DNA of 64,000 nucleotides from Mobula hypostoma (taxonomy: Eukaryota). Below are positions 27,355 through 40,870 of this stretch, piece after piece. The DNA is taken from NCBI RefSeq assembly GCF_963921235.1, contig NC_086097.1:142044001-142108000 (forward strand). The letters are read 5' to 3'. Within the stretch, counting starts at the first letter, position 1. Every line of letters starts with the position of its first letter. The notes beneath the pieces are model-generated. The model saw only the letters and a list, made by a program, of their open reading frames with translations, searched no databases and was not told the DNA's origin. The position numbers and the translations under genes are program-made.

Positions 27355-29735
27355 CGCACACAATACACCAAAATTAATCCTTACCAACATCTTATACAAC
27401 TTCAACATAACATCCCAATCGCATATGCAATACCTTAATTTATGATGACAAATATGCATAAGCTCTATTTATGACCCCCATCTACTTGTGTCACCATGTT
27501 CAAGGAATTATGGACCTGTATTCTCAGATCCCTTTTTTCTACTGGACTCCTCAGTGCTCTACTGTTCACAGCATAAGTCCTACCCTGGCTTATTCTTCCA
27601 AAGTGCAACTCTTCACACGTGTCTGCATGAAATTCCATCTGCCGTTTTTCAGCCCATTTTTCCAGCTGGTCCAGATCCCGCTGGAAGCTTTGATAGCCTT
27701 TCTTGCTGTTAACTCTGCCCCCACTCTTGCTGATCCAGTTTACTACATCATCATCCAGATCGTTGATATAGTTAACAAACAACAACAGGCCCAGTACCAA
27801 TCCCTGCTGCACACCATGAGTCACTGGCTTCCAGTCAGCGATGGAACCATCTACAAAGCCTCTGGCTTCTTCACAAAGCCAAGGTTTAATCCAGTTTATT
27901 ACCTCATCCTGACTGTCAAGCAATTGAACCTTCTTGATCATGCTCCCATAAGGGACCTTGTCAAAGGCCTTTCTAAATTCCATGTAAACAACATCCACTG
28001 CCCTGCGTTCATTAACTTTCCTGGTAACTTCCTTGAAAAATTCTGCACAAAGCCATGTTAACTATCCTTAATCAGTCCCTGTCTATCCAAATACTTATAA
28101 ATCTAGCCCTTCCAATAACCTGCTTACTACTAATGTCAGGCTCTCTGGCCTATCATTTCCTAGCTTAATTTTAGAGCCGTTCTGGAACAATAGAACATTA
28201 GCTATCCTCCAATCCTCTGGCTCCTCACCTGTTACCAAGGAGGATGTTTTAATTATCTCTACTAGGGCTGCTGCAATTTCTGCAATAGTCTCCCATAAGG
28301 TATAAGGAAAGACCTTGTCAGGGTTTGGGTATTTATCCACCCTAATTTGTCTCAAGACAGCAGACACCTTCTCCTCTATAATCCATATGCAGTCCATGAC
28401 CTCAGTGCTACTTTGCCTCACTTCTATAGACTGTGTCTTTCTCCTGAATAAATACATATGCAAAAAAAAATTTTAAATGTCCCCCATCTCTTTCGGCCCC
28501 AAGCTTAGATGTCCACTCTGGTCTTCCAGAGGACCAATTTTATACCTCACTATCCTTTTGTTCTTAATATATCTGCAAAAGCCCTTGGGATTCTCCTTCA
28601 CCTTGTCTGCAAGAGTAACCTCATGCCTCCTTTCAGCCCTCCTGATTTCCTTCTTTCATGTTCTCTTGAATTTCTTATACTCAAGTACCTCATTTGTTCT
28701 CACCTGCTCTGTACTTCCTTCTTCTTAACCAGTTTCTCAATATCTCTTGAAAACCAAGATTCCCTAACTAAACCTGTTGTCCTTATTTTCTTACTCTGAC
28801 AGGAACATACAAATTTGGTCCTCTCAAAATTTCACTTTTTAAGGCTTCCCACTTACCACATACACTTTTGCCAGAAAACAGACTGTCCCAATTCACATTT
28901 GCCAGATCCTTTCTGATACCATCAAAATTGGCCTTTCTCCAGCTTAAAATTTCAACCCAAGAACAAAACCTATCCTTCTACATAATTAAATTGAAAATAA
29001 TGGCATTATGATCATCAGATGCAAAGTGTTCCCCTACATAAACTTCTGTCACCTGCCCTCATTGCCTAAAAGGAGATACAGTATCCCAATCTCACTTTTG
29101 GGACCTCTATATATTGATTAAGGAATCTTTAATGAACAAATTTGACACATATCACCTGCTATCACAACCTTATGCTTCTTGCAGAGTCTGCAATCTTTCT
29201 ACAAATGTGTTCCTGTAATTCCTGCTGACTACTGAGTCATCAATAATATAATCCCATTAGCATGGTCATCCCTTTCTTATTCCTCAGTTCCACACATATA
29301 GCCTTAGTAGACAAGCTCCCCAGTTTGCCCTGCCTGAGGTCTGTCATGACTATTTTCCTGATTAGCAATGCCACTCCTTCCCCTTTAATCTCTCTCAATA
29401 TATCACAGCCAAGACAACGGGACCCCAGAACACTGAGCTGTCATTCCTGCCCATCCCCTGCAACCAAGTCTCACCAATGGGTACAATGTCATAATTCCAT
29501 GTTCTGATCCCTGTCCTTAGCTCATCCACCTTTTTTACAATACTCTTTGGATTGAAATATACCCAAGTCAGAACATTAGACCCAACATGCTCAACCTTTT
29601 GATTCCTGACTTTGTCTATCAGCTTAACAACATCCTTCTCTAGAATGACTCCTCTATCTGCTCCAGCTCTCTGGCTCCCATCCCCCTGCCACTTTAGTTT
29701 AAACTCTGCCCCCAAGCAGCACTAGCAAACTTTCC
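27355..29735 (-). mobile_element. Degraded CR1 ORF2 fragment (EN to RT)
   Basis: ORFs 29395, 28095 and 27465; same family as the element at 17960-21955. Confidence 0.88.
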
Positions 29736-30034
29736 CTTAAGGATATTATCCTAGCAACATCCTTGTAAATTTTCTTTGTATTCTTTCAAGCTTATTGATA
29801 TAATGTAAGTAGGTGACCAGAACTGCACACAATACCCCAAATTCGGCCTCAGTGCCTTCTCCAACTTTAACATAACATTCCAGCTCCATACTCCATAACC
29901 TAATCTATGAAGGCCAATGTGTCACAAGCTCTCTCTACCAACCCCATCTACCTGTGTTGCCACTTTCATGGAGTGATGGATTTGTATTACCAGATCCCTT
30001 GGTCTACACAGCATACCTCTGTGCCCTACCACCT

Positions 30035-30145
30035 ACCCAAAATGTCGACTGTATTCTTTTCCTAGATGCTGCCTGGCCTGCTGAGTTCCTCCAGCACTTT
30101 GTATGTGTTGCTCGGATTTCCAGCATCTGCAGATTTTCTCTTGAC
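30035..30145 (+). mobile_element. Short Penelope-like terminal fragment
   Basis: Matches the terminal ~110 bp of the element at 46500-46613; starts in the 3' half of the hammerhead motif. Confidence 0.75.
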
Positions 30146-30162
30146 AGTGTAAGTCTTTCCCT

Positions 30163-30348
30163 AAACACAAAATACTCTGCAGATGCTGGGGTCAAAGCAA
30201 CACTCACAACACGCTGGAGGAACTCAGCAGGTTGGGCAGCATCCGTGGAAACGATAGTCAATGTTTTGGAAGGGTTTTGGCCTGAAACGTTGACTGATCA
30301 TTTCCATGGATGCTGCCTGACCTGCTGAGTTCCTCCAGCGTGTTGTGA
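30163..30348. mobile_element. Fold-back Penelope-derived mini-element with 14-bp TSD
   Basis: Inverted arms around a hammerhead remnant. TSD gtaagtctt(t/a)ccct at 30149-30162 and 30349-30362. Confidence 0.82.
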
Positions 30349-32009
30349 GTAAGTCTTACCCTGATTTGTAATCCCAAAGTGCAATACTTCAGACTTTTCT
30401 GCTTTAAATTCAATCTGCCATTTTCGACCCAATTTCCCAGCTGGTGCAGATTACTTTGCAAGCTTTGATAGGCTTTCTTGATGCCCAATAGCTGTCATCC
30501 AGAAATTTGCTGATCTAGTTCACCATATTATCATCTAAATCATTAGCATAAATGATAAACAATAACGGACCCAGCACCAATCCCTGGGGCACACCACTAG
30601 TCACTGGCCTCCAATCAGAGAGAAAACCATCTCCTAACAACTCTCTGACTTCTCCCATTAAGCCAATGTTGAATCTAATTGATTACTATGATCCTGAATG
30701 CCAAATGTCTTAAGCTTCTGGAGCAGGCTCTCATGTGGGACTCTGCGAAAGCCCACGTCAACAATGCCAATCCAGAACCTTTCCTTCATCAACCTTCTTT
30801 ATAACCTCTTCTAGTTGATAACAGTTTTGGTAATCTGTAAGACTGATTAGACATGACCTGCCATGCACAAAGTCTCGTTGACTCTCTATTCAGGAGTATG
30901 TTCAACTTTTATATAGTATAGTTATAATATATTTCAGAAAATTCAGTGTTTGCCTAAATAATCTACTTTCTGATCTGACCCTTGAATAGAATTAAAAGTA
31001 ATTACACTAGCTACACAGATTTACCAAGTGCAATTTGAAATATGTGACTAGATAGAAAGGAACACAGGATATTCACTTTCACAATCAGGATATCTAATTA
31101 ATTGAGTGTATTTCAACAATGACCGGTCATGACGTGGGCATATTCGTTCTTATTGTGCAGTATTCCACTGCAATGCACTGCTTCAGTCTGTTCAATTGAC
31201 TGGCACTTCAAAAGATATTCACAATAAGGAAAAAAGTTGGCAGATTCCCTTTCCTCATGGATATTGATAGGTTGCAAATATCTAGCATGCAATTCAATTT
31301 CAAATTGCTTAAACTTGACCCCTAGGGTGCCAGAACTTCCACCAAAGCCACTACACCATTATAATCCAGGCAACAGAACCATTTCATTAAACTAATTTCT
31401 CTGTTTGCCCGGATATTTCCTCTTCCCTCTCCTGAAGACTGACAAACAAAGGAGTTGGCAACCATAATGCAAGATACTTTTCAATATCACACTATTCACA
31501 GAATGAACTACAATAAGCATCATTTTTTGCTATGAGGGATCTTAGTTAATGCCAGTCCAATCCACTTGTACACAAGCTCTCAGCAAGAGTTGATTGGGCA
31601 GTGAGTAGCACTGGAAATGTAGTGAAAAGTTGTACTCAATATTGATAACCTAAGATCAGTCTTCACAACACAAATGAGGCATCAAATCAGAGACACTGCT
31701 CGGTATTTGTTTTTAAACATGGTGCTGTCCTGTTGGAAATACAACATGAACCACATGCAAAGCAGTGCACCAAGAGTAAATTATTTGTAGTGAACACATT
31801 AAAAGACAGCTGTAAGATTTAAGAGAGTATATTCCCAGCAGCCATACATTACTTTCTTCTGCACCACCACGTGTAGCAGCCGAAACAGGAAATTTTCTGT
31901 CACTAGTATTAAAGTAGAATCCAAATCATTGTCCTACTGGGATATTTTGACCTGTCTATTGTGGACCACCAGTGGCCTCTATGAATGTAAATCTATTTCT
32001 CCTTAATTT

Positions 32010-32570
32010 ATCAGAGTCAGAATTACTATCACAAACATATGCTGTGAAATTTGTTAATTTAGCTGCAGCAGTACTATGCAATATATGATAAATATTGAAA
32101 AATAAATAAATAAACCACTGTAAGTATATATGTATATTAAATAGTTAAATTAAAAATAGTGCAAAAACAGAAAAAAGATTGAGGTAGTGTTCATGGGTTC
32201 AATGTCCATTTAGAAAGCAGGTGGTGGAGGGGAAGAAACCGTTCTTGAATTGCGGAGTGTGCACCTTCAGGCTTCTGTACCTCCTTCCTGATGGTCACAA
32301 TAAGAGGGCATGTCCTTGTGATGAGGGTCCTTAATAATGGACGCTGCCTTTCTGAGGCATTGACTAGTACCCATAATGGAGATGATTAATTTTACAATGT
32401 TCTGTAGCATCTTTCGAAACTGTGCAGTAGCGCCCCCCCCCCCACCACACCCCTCTCCCATACCAGTCAGCAATACAGCCTGTCAGAATACTCTCCGTGG
32501 TACATTTATAAAAGTTTGAATGTTTTAAATGACAAACCAAATCTCCTTAAATTCCTGATGAAATATCTTT
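32010..32570 (-). mobile_element. Rex1/Babar-like LINE 3' fragment
   Basis: ORF 32267 contains CLRKAASIIKDPHH, homologous to the C-terminus of the element at 13245-15618. Confidence 0.75.
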
Positions 32571-33130
32571 TCATAGAATCTTACAATGAGATGACTCAAC
32601 CTAGTCGATCTATGGTGGCTCTCTGAAAGAGTGAACCACTTAATCCATTCACCTATACTATTCTTACATTCCTGAAAACAACTTGCCAATGAAGCTACAA
32701 CAAAATGAACAATTCTTGTCTACCTTCCAGGCCATTAAATAAACAAATAAGAAATAGCAAGTTTTGTGAGTTTATTCACTAGGTTCAAGGCATGTACGTG
32801 GCAATTAGGCCGTGGCTGGGATTCACAGTTTGTACAAAAAGTCAGATTTTTATACTGTGCCCATCAGAATTGTGGAATAACAACCCTTGCGTTTCAAATA
32901 TGCAGACCATCAAAAAGGTGCAATTGGATTTGTACAAATATTAAGACGAGGAACTGGAGGTCTCAAATCCATCACTGGGAGTGACTGTAATGGCACATAA
33001 ATTGCTACACATTATTTGGTATGCTTCTTGTAAGTGCCACAAATTCTCACATTACAAGTAGATTAAATAAGCTTCATGCTAGCAATGCACAAAAAACTAA
33101 TGTAAAGAGAATCCAAAAGCCAATACTCAC

Positions 33131-33223
33131 ATTGCCACCGCCAGGAACATGCTTAATGTTATCCTTGGAACCACACTTGGACTGCACATGACTGTAATCA
33201 ACTTTTTTGTTCACAATCTGAAC
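33131..33223 (-). CDS. map4: MAP4 repeat exon ([31 protein letters not shown]), 93 bp, equivalent to tau exon 10
   Basis: Acceptor gtcttag|GTT, donor AAT|gtgagt. 31-aa repeat with KCGS and PGGG. Confidence 0.97.
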
Positions 33224-34043
33224 CTAAGACACATTGGACAAATCAATTCTAGATCATTTCCTGTTTTAGTAAATAATTTCAAGGCACTGCTGTGCCTTTC
33301 CTGCTATACAGTACATCTCACAAAGAGTTCAAGATTAATATCATCAAGAGAAGAAAAAAAATCAATTAAGTAGTAGATCAACCGCATTCACGATGTATTG
33401 CACAATGACAAACACATTTGGGGAAAAACATCTAACATAAAGGAAAGAGCTAAATGGAAATAACTGTACATTACTGCACCATTAGTTTCTTCAATATGTA
33501 ATCCCTTGTTTGCCATCACCCTCCAGGTTTAGGTTTACAGATGCTCTCCCTAGCTCACATTTAAGATTCCCTTTCAATGGTCTAGGTTTAGGAGTGCCTT
33601 TTCTGGCTGTGTTGCGATGTGGACTCCTCCTTTTCTTGACAAGATTCAGAGCAAAAAGATATGAAAACTGCTGAAAGGCAATATGAACATAGTATTGTTT
33701 TTGTGAAGAAATTCTCATCTCTTTTAACTATGATGTTTTTAGAGTAAAAGATCTGGTTAAGGTCATTTGCATACTTTTGTTAGCCCAAAGTAAGTGTCAG
33801 GATTGAAGTTAGATACCCAATTTCTAATTCTGTTCAGCAAAAGGGTAACCCTATATATTGTGAAATAGCAAAAAAAATCTCACTGAGAAAAGAGCCCAAA
33901 CAGAGTCAAGATAGGGACAAAGACGCTGTGAATAGAAAAACAAAGGAGTGTCAAACAACTATAAGCATTCCCTTGTCCTTTTGGAGAACACAGCAATGAT
34001 GGAGATGCCTCAATTTTGGTGAAGAAAAATACATGTTCATTTA

Positions 34044-34745
34044 TCTGGCCAGGCAGCATCTATAGGAAGTAGTACAGTCAACTTTTCGGGTTGAGACCCT
34101 TCGTCAGGACTAACGGAAAAAAGAGATAGTAAGGGATTTGAAAGTGGGAGGGGGAGGGGGAGACCCGAAATGATAGGAGAAGACAGGAGGGAGAGGGATG
34201 AAGCCAAGAGCTGGGAAGTTGATTGGCAAAAGGGATACAAGGCTGGAGAAGGGGGAGTATCATGGGACGGAAGGCCTTGGAAGAAAGAAAGGGGGAGGGG
34301 AGCACCAGAAGAAGATGAAGAACAGGCAAAGAGTTATTGTGAGAGGGAAGGAGGGAAAAAAAATAATAATAATAAATAGTAAATTAGGGATGGGGTAAGA
34401 AGGGGAGGAGGGGGGTTAACGGAAGTTAGAGAAATCAATGTTCATGCCATCAGGTTGGAGGCTACCCAGATGGAATATAAGGTGTTGTTCCTCCAACCTA
34501 AGTGGGCTTCATCTCAACAGCAGAGGAGGCCATGGATTGACATATCGGAATGCGAATGGGACGTGGAATTAACATGTGTGGCCACACATTTTAATTCCAC
34601 GTCTGTCCACCAGAGGAAGTAGGATCTCCCATTGGCCACACGTCAACTGTACTTCTTCCTATAGATGCTGCCTGGCCTGCTGCGTTCCACCAGCATTTTG
34701 TGTGTGTTGCTTGAATTTCCAGCATCTGCAGATTTTCTCATGTTT
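34044..34745. mobile_element. Rearranged fold-back Penelope-like insertion with 11-bp TSD
   Basis: Minus-strand pLTR and GIY-YIG C-terminus (LRLEEQHLIF), scrambled centre, then a plus-strand terminus. TSD atgttcattta at 34033-34043 and 34746-34756. Confidence 0.85.
34076..34111 (-). ncRNA. Degenerate minimal type I hammerhead ribozyme motif
   Basis: AGUC-CUGACGA-AGGGUCUCAACCC-GAAA-AGUU-GACU. Core boxes are kept, but the stem III palindrome and the cleavage triplet are altered. Confidence 0.6.
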
Positions 34746-34799
34746 ATGTTCATTTACCTACTTTGATAGATCAAGAATGTCATGGGATCCTTGATTAGG

Positions 34800-35135
34800 A
34801 TCAAATCCAAAGTAAATTTGTTATCAAAATCATATACATTTCCATGTACTACCTTGAGATTTATTTTCTTGGAGACATTTACAGGAAAAAAATGCAATAG
34901 AATTTATGAAAAACTATACAAAAACTAAGACTGACAAATAACCAATGTTCAAAACACAAACTATACAAATGAAAAAATAATACTGAGAAAATGAGTTGTA
35001 AAGAAGTTTTGAAAGCGAGTTGGTAGGTTGTGGAATCAGTTCAAAGTAGTGGTGATTGAAGTTATTCACACTGGTTCAGGACCCTGATGGTTCTGGGTAG
35101 TAACTGGTCCTGAACCTGGTGTTGTGTAACCTACC
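34800..35135 (-). mobile_element. LINE-derived (Rex-like) 3' UTR fragment
   Basis: Similar to the segments at 32010-32280 and 12410-12600. Confidence 0.5.
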
Positions 35136-35433
35136 TCTCCAGAGACACTGGCTGATATATTGGTCTTTCTAGTTTTTTGGTTTTAGGTTCAATAACAGTT
35201 TTGATCTGCACATTCCTTTAATTTATTTTCTTTCTCTAATTATCCTCATAAATCTATTAACAAGACATAAGTATGGATTCAGTTCAGTAACCCCAGTCGC
35301 ACCCTACCAGATAAATATTATTTATTTCATCACTCCCCCAACGTTCTATGTAACACAATATTCATTTCTCATATCCCCAGTTCCAATGGAAGGATTGTTA
35401 ATCCAAAACCATAACTGTTTTGATTCCTACATA

Positions 35434-36889
35434 CAATGCCTATAGAAAGTATTCACCCCCTTGGAAGTTTTCATGTTTTATTGTTTCCCAATATTGAATC
35501 ACAGTGGATTTAATTTTTTTTTGTTGATACTGATGAACAGAAAAGGACTCTTCCTTGTCAAAGTGAAAACAGATCTCTACAAAGTGATCTAAAATCAATT
35601 ACAAGTATAAAACACAAAATAATTGACTGCTTAAGTTTTCACACCCTTTAACACGACACACCAAATCATCACTGGGTGCAGCCAACTAGTATTAGAAGTC
35701 ACGTGATTAGTTAAATGAAGATCACCTCCACATCTCCAGGTGGAGAGTCAAGGTGTTTCAACTAATTGTAGTAAAAATACACCTGTATCTGGAAAGTCCA
35801 ACTGCTGATGAGTCAGTATCCTGACAAAAACTATACCATGAAGACAAAAGAACACTCTAAGCAACTCGGCAAAAAGGTTATTGAAATACACAAGTCAGGA
35901 GATGGATACTAAAAAATTTCCAAGTCACTGAATATCCCTTGGAGTACAGTTAAGTCAATAATCAAGAAATGGAAAGAATATGGCACAGCTTTAAAACTGT
36001 TTAGAGCAGGCAGTCCTCAAAAACTGAATAACCGTGCAAAAAGGGGACTAGTGAGAGAGGTCACCAAGAAACCTATGACAACTCTGGAGGAGTTACAAGC
36101 TTCAGTGGCTGAGATAGGAGAGACTGTGCATACAATAATGGTTGCCTGGATGCTTCACCAGTCACTGCTTAATGGGAGAGTGGCAGAGAGAAAGGTACTG
36201 TTGAAAAAAAAACTCACATGAAATCTCGGCTAGAGTTTGCCAGAAGGTACGTGGGAGACCCTGAGGTCACCTGGAAGAAGATCCTGTGGTCTGATGAAAC
36301 CAAAATTGAGCTTTCTGTTCATCAGGTTAAACGTTATGTTTGGCGTATGCCAAACACAGCACATCATCAAAAGTATACCATCCCTACCATGAAGCATGGT
36401 AGTGGCTGCATCATAAACCCAAAGCTACACGGGAATGGCTTAAAAACAACAAAGTAATGTCCTTGAATGCCCAAATCAGTGTCCAGACCTCAATCCAATT
36501 GAGAATTTGTGGCTGGACTTGATAAGGGTTGTTCACTCACGATCCCCATGCAATCTGACAAAGCCCGAGCAGTTTTGTAAAGAATGGGGAAAAACTGCAA
36601 AGCTGATAGAAACCTACCCACACAGACTCAAGGCTGTAATTGCCATCAAAGTTGCATCTAGTAAATACTGACTTGACATGATTGGATAAATATTCACCCA
36701 ATTATTTTGTATTTAATAATTGTAATAAATTGAGACCAATTTGTAGAAATTTGTTTTCACTTTGACACAAAAGAGTCTTTTCTGTTCATCAGTGTCAAAA
36801 AAAAACAATTAAATCCACCGTGATTCAATATTGTAAAACATTAAAACATGAAAACTTCCAAGGGCAGTGAATATTTTTTATAGGCACTG
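35434..36889 (+). mobile_element. Tc1 DNA transposon (Passport-like), defective
   Basis: TA duplications at 35432-33 and 36890-91; long diverged TIRs. Transposase remnant 35838-36671 reads MKTKEHSKQL...WSDETKIEL...PDLNPIENLW, with stops and an internal deletion near 36413. Confidence 0.92.
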
Positions 36890-37139
36890 TATACTGTCTA
36901 GCATGCTGAATGTCTTCAACATTTTCTGAGTTCACTTTTCTTGAATTTGGTCACTGTTTTGGAGGAATTGGCAACTTTAGATCAAAACAGAACTTTAGGG
37001 GAAAAACTCCGCATCTATGAAGATAGTTTTAGGATGAACAACTTTTGTCTGATTAATAACTTTTCATCGGAACTGATGACAGATTCAGATGAAAGGTAAA
37101 CACAGAACAGCCCTGTTCTGATACAACTTACAGCCTAAT

Positions 37140-38835
37140 CATTAGACCATAGATATGGAAGTAGAATTAGGCCATTTGCCCAATTGAGGAAAAACAGATC
37201 AGCTATGATGAAATGGTGGTATAGTTTTTCCTCTCAGCCCCAATCTCCTGCCTTCTCCCCATATCCCTTCATGCCCTGGCCAAACATGAATCTATCAACC
37301 TCTGCCTTAAACATACATAAAGACTTGGCTTCCACAGCTGCCTGTGGTACAGATTCACCACTCTCTTGTTAAAGAAATTCTTCCTCATCTCCATTCTAAA
37401 AGGATGCCCCTCTCATCTGAGGCTCTGTCCTCTGGTCTTAGACACTCTATAGGAAACATCCTCTCCACATCCACTCTATCAAGGTCTTTCACCATTCGAT
37501 AGGCATCAATTAGGTCACCTCTCATTCTTTTGAATTCCAGTGGATACAGGCCCAGAGCTATCAAATGCTCTTCATATGACCAGTCATTTAATCCTGGAGT
37601 CATTTGTGAACCTCCGTTGAACCGTCTCCAGTTTCAGCACATTCTTTTCTATGATGAGGGACCCAAAACTGCTCGCAATACTCTAAGTGAGAGCTCAAAA
37701 TTACCTCCTTGCTTTTATATTCTAGTCCTCTTGAAATTAGTGCTAACATCACAATTGTTGTCCTCCCACAGACTCAACCTGCAACTTAACCTTTAGGGAA
37801 TCCTGCACAAGGACTCCCAAGTCCCACTGCGCTTCAGATTTTTTCATTTTCTCTCCACTTAGAAAATAGTCAACCCTTTTATTTCTTCTACCAAAGTGCA
37901 TGACCAAACACTTCCCGACACTGTATTCCACCTGCCACTTTTTTCGCCCATTCTCCTAATCTAAGTCCTTCTGTAGCCACTCTACTTCCACAAATCTACC
38001 TGCCACTCCATCTGGCTTCATATTGTCTGCAAAGTTTGCAACAAAGCCTTCAATTCCATCATCCAAATAATTGACATATAACGTAAAAAGAATCTGTCTC
38101 AACACAGACCCCTGTGGAATATCACTCGTCACTGTCAGCCAGCCAAAAAAGGCTCCCTTTATTCCTACTCTTTGCCTCCTGCCAATCACCCACTGCTTTA
38201 TCCATGCTAGAATATTCCCTGTAATACCAGTAATTGTTAAGCAGCCTCATGTGTGGCACCTTGTCAAAGACCTTCTGGAAATCCAAACACACAACATACA
38301 CTGATCTCCTTTGTCTATCCTGCTTGTTATTTCTTCAAAGAATTCCAACAAATTTGTCAGGCAAGATTTTCCCTTGAGGAAACCATGCTGACTACAACCT
38401 ACTTTATCATGTGCCTCCAAGTACCCCTAAACCACATACTTAACAATTGACTCCAACCACTGAGATCAGACTAACAGGCCTATAATTTCCTTTCTTTTGC
38501 CTCTTTCCCTTCTTGAAGAGTGGAGTGATATTTGCAATGTTCTGGTCATCCAGAATCTAGTGATTCTTGGAAGATCAAAATATTATATTGCTTATTGCCT
38601 CCACAAACTCTTCAGCCACCTCTTTCAGAACCTTAGGGTGTACATCATCTGGTCCAGATGACTTTTCCACCTTCAGACCTTTCCGTTTACCAAGAATCTT
38701 CTCCCTGGTAATGGTAACTTCAGGCACTTCATGACTCTTGACACCTGGAACTTCCAACACACTGCTAGTGTCTTCCACAGTAAAAACTGACGAAAAATAC
38801 TTATTCAGCTCGTCCACCATTTTTACCTCTCCAGC
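37140..38835 (-). mobile_element. Degraded CR1 LINE, same subfamily as 23150-25200
   Basis: ORFs 38575, 37956, 37749 and 37385 carry CR1 RT motifs. Confidence 0.9.
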
Positions 38836-40259
38836 ATCGGAGAGTGGGGATAACAAACTCTTAAAAATGGCAAGCATTATTGACTGGATAATTTGAAAGC
38901 TATTGGAAAGAGAATAAGTATTGATAACAACACTGGAGATGACCCACTGCTTCTCTTCAAGATCTTTTCAACCCATCTGTAAAAGTGACAGATGAATGCT
39001 TCATCTAACTGCTGAGATCAGTTCTAAGTTGCATGGGTAAAGACCGCACATAAGACATGGCGTTGGTCTGTTGGTCTTGCAATAGACTGGCTTATTAAAC
39101 AAATGCTTGGAGGCAGCTGCTAAGGGAAACAGGCTTAACTTTAAATCAGTTCTTCAGTAAGACCAAGAAATTGGGGGGAAAGAAAACTTAAGACTTGAAC
39201 TGAGTTATTTCAGGCGAATGTCTGATCAATATGGATTAATCCAAAGTCTTCTGAACAAGGCAGGGGACACATTTATAGAACTGACACAGACCAAAACTAG
39301 CTGAAAAGGTTTTAGCAATATCAAGTTTTAGGTTGACAATTAGGATTGTAGCAGTTATCAGGGAAGAATCAGCTGCAACTTTTTTAACTATGGGGAATAA
39401 AGTTGCTGCAGAAACTACAGGGAAAGGACTAAAAAATTTTATAATGTTAACTGGAGAAATGTAATTGATGACTATGTTTAAAAAAAGTGAACTGTGAGCT
39501 GCTCTTTTACAACAAAATAGGAAAACATATTCTTGATATTTTCACTTCAAAGCTTGGATTATCGTGAGAGATCACTCCTGGCATGATGCCACCTTTACCC
39601 TAAAAATATCTCATCTGTGCCAAATATAGATGGCAGTCAGTTCAGTGAGAAGATCTTTACAGTAGAAGGCTGCAGTGCAGCAGACGATTATAAATTCAGA
39701 GCTGAATGTTATATGAATCAATTACTATGGGAGCAGATTTCATCACTAATTCAGCCTCTGAAAGATAAGACTGCTTCTGAGGCACCATCTGGATGTTCTC
39801 TCTCCTTTCTCCTACCAACCCCTCCCTCTGCCACCTACATATACGCATTGTTGTCAAATCAGATGAATCTGTGCTAAACAGAGATGAAATAAGAGCAAGC
39901 AAGAGTATGGCAGGTCTGCCATCTTTAGTCATTCTAATACGTGACCATTGATATACAATAGACCCAACCCTATTAGTATAACATGTTAACTATATGATTC
40001 AAAAACATTTAGCAAGAAATGGTATTTTTAGAGCCTTACAGGGAGGATTTTGTTTCCTTACCACTTATTGCATTGCTTAAAAGAACAATTATTGGTAAAG
40101 AATCAAATCACAAAATTCAGCCTCTGTCACCTTTGTTTTAGCTCAGCCCAATTTATGCTTTCAGATAAAGGACTGCAGCAACTGGATCAGAGGTCATGAC
40201 CATCAAAAAGTAGATGGCAAATCCTCTGATTAGTGACAATTAATCAGTGCAATTAGCAC

Positions 40260-40469
40260 ACTGTAGGGAGAGATTGGGTTTCTTCCTCTGGAATGGTGAA
40301 GGTTGAGAGGAGATCTGACAGAGGATTATACGATTATGAGAGGCAGAGATACAGTAGACATCCAGTATCTTATCCCACAGTTAAAAATGTGTACTATCAG
40401 AGGACATGCATTTACCACTAAGAAGTTCAAAGGAGATGTGTGGGCCAAGTGTTTTTTTTACTATATATG

Positions 40470-40537
<68 letters not shown>

Positions 40538-40870
40538 GTTGGGTGCCTGAGATGCACTGCCTGCCTGGGATGGTGGTGGAGGCAAAAGGATAGGGGAATT
40601 CAGTCATAGTCATATTTTATTGATCCTGGGAGAAATTGGTTTTCGTTACAGTTGCACCATAAATAATAAATAGCAATAGAACCATAAATATTTAAATATT
40701 TTTATTAAATAAATAAATTTAAGAGGCTATTAGGAAGGCACATTAATTTGCATAAAATGAAAGGACTTTGTGTAGGAAGAGGGATAAGTTTAGTGGGCAT
40801 TTGATTACTGATTTCATTAGTTTAGCACAACAATATGGGCTGCTTTTTTGCTACACTGTTCTATGTACAA
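40260..40870 (+). mobile_element. CR1 3' fragment with an embedded (AC)n and a nested Rex-type tail (~40602-40720, minus strand)
   Basis: LRGDLTEDYTIMRGRD motif. The nested piece is the reverse complement of the tail at 48770-48832. Confidence 0.75.
40475..40535. repeat. (AC)30 microsatellite
   Basis: Perfect dinucleotide run. Confidence 0.98.

Larger units (their letters stand above)
29745..30880 (-). mobile_element. Degraded CR1 RT fragment interrupted by two Penelope-derived insertions
   Basis: [17 protein letters not shown] motif at ~30560-30600; insertions at ~30035-30145 and 30163-30348. Confidence 0.8.

Noticed and set aside
33121..33136. Tau exon-10-like stem-loop over the splice donor (CAAT-gtgagt-ATTG)
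   Set aside because: Only about 4 contiguous base pairs; too weak to call.
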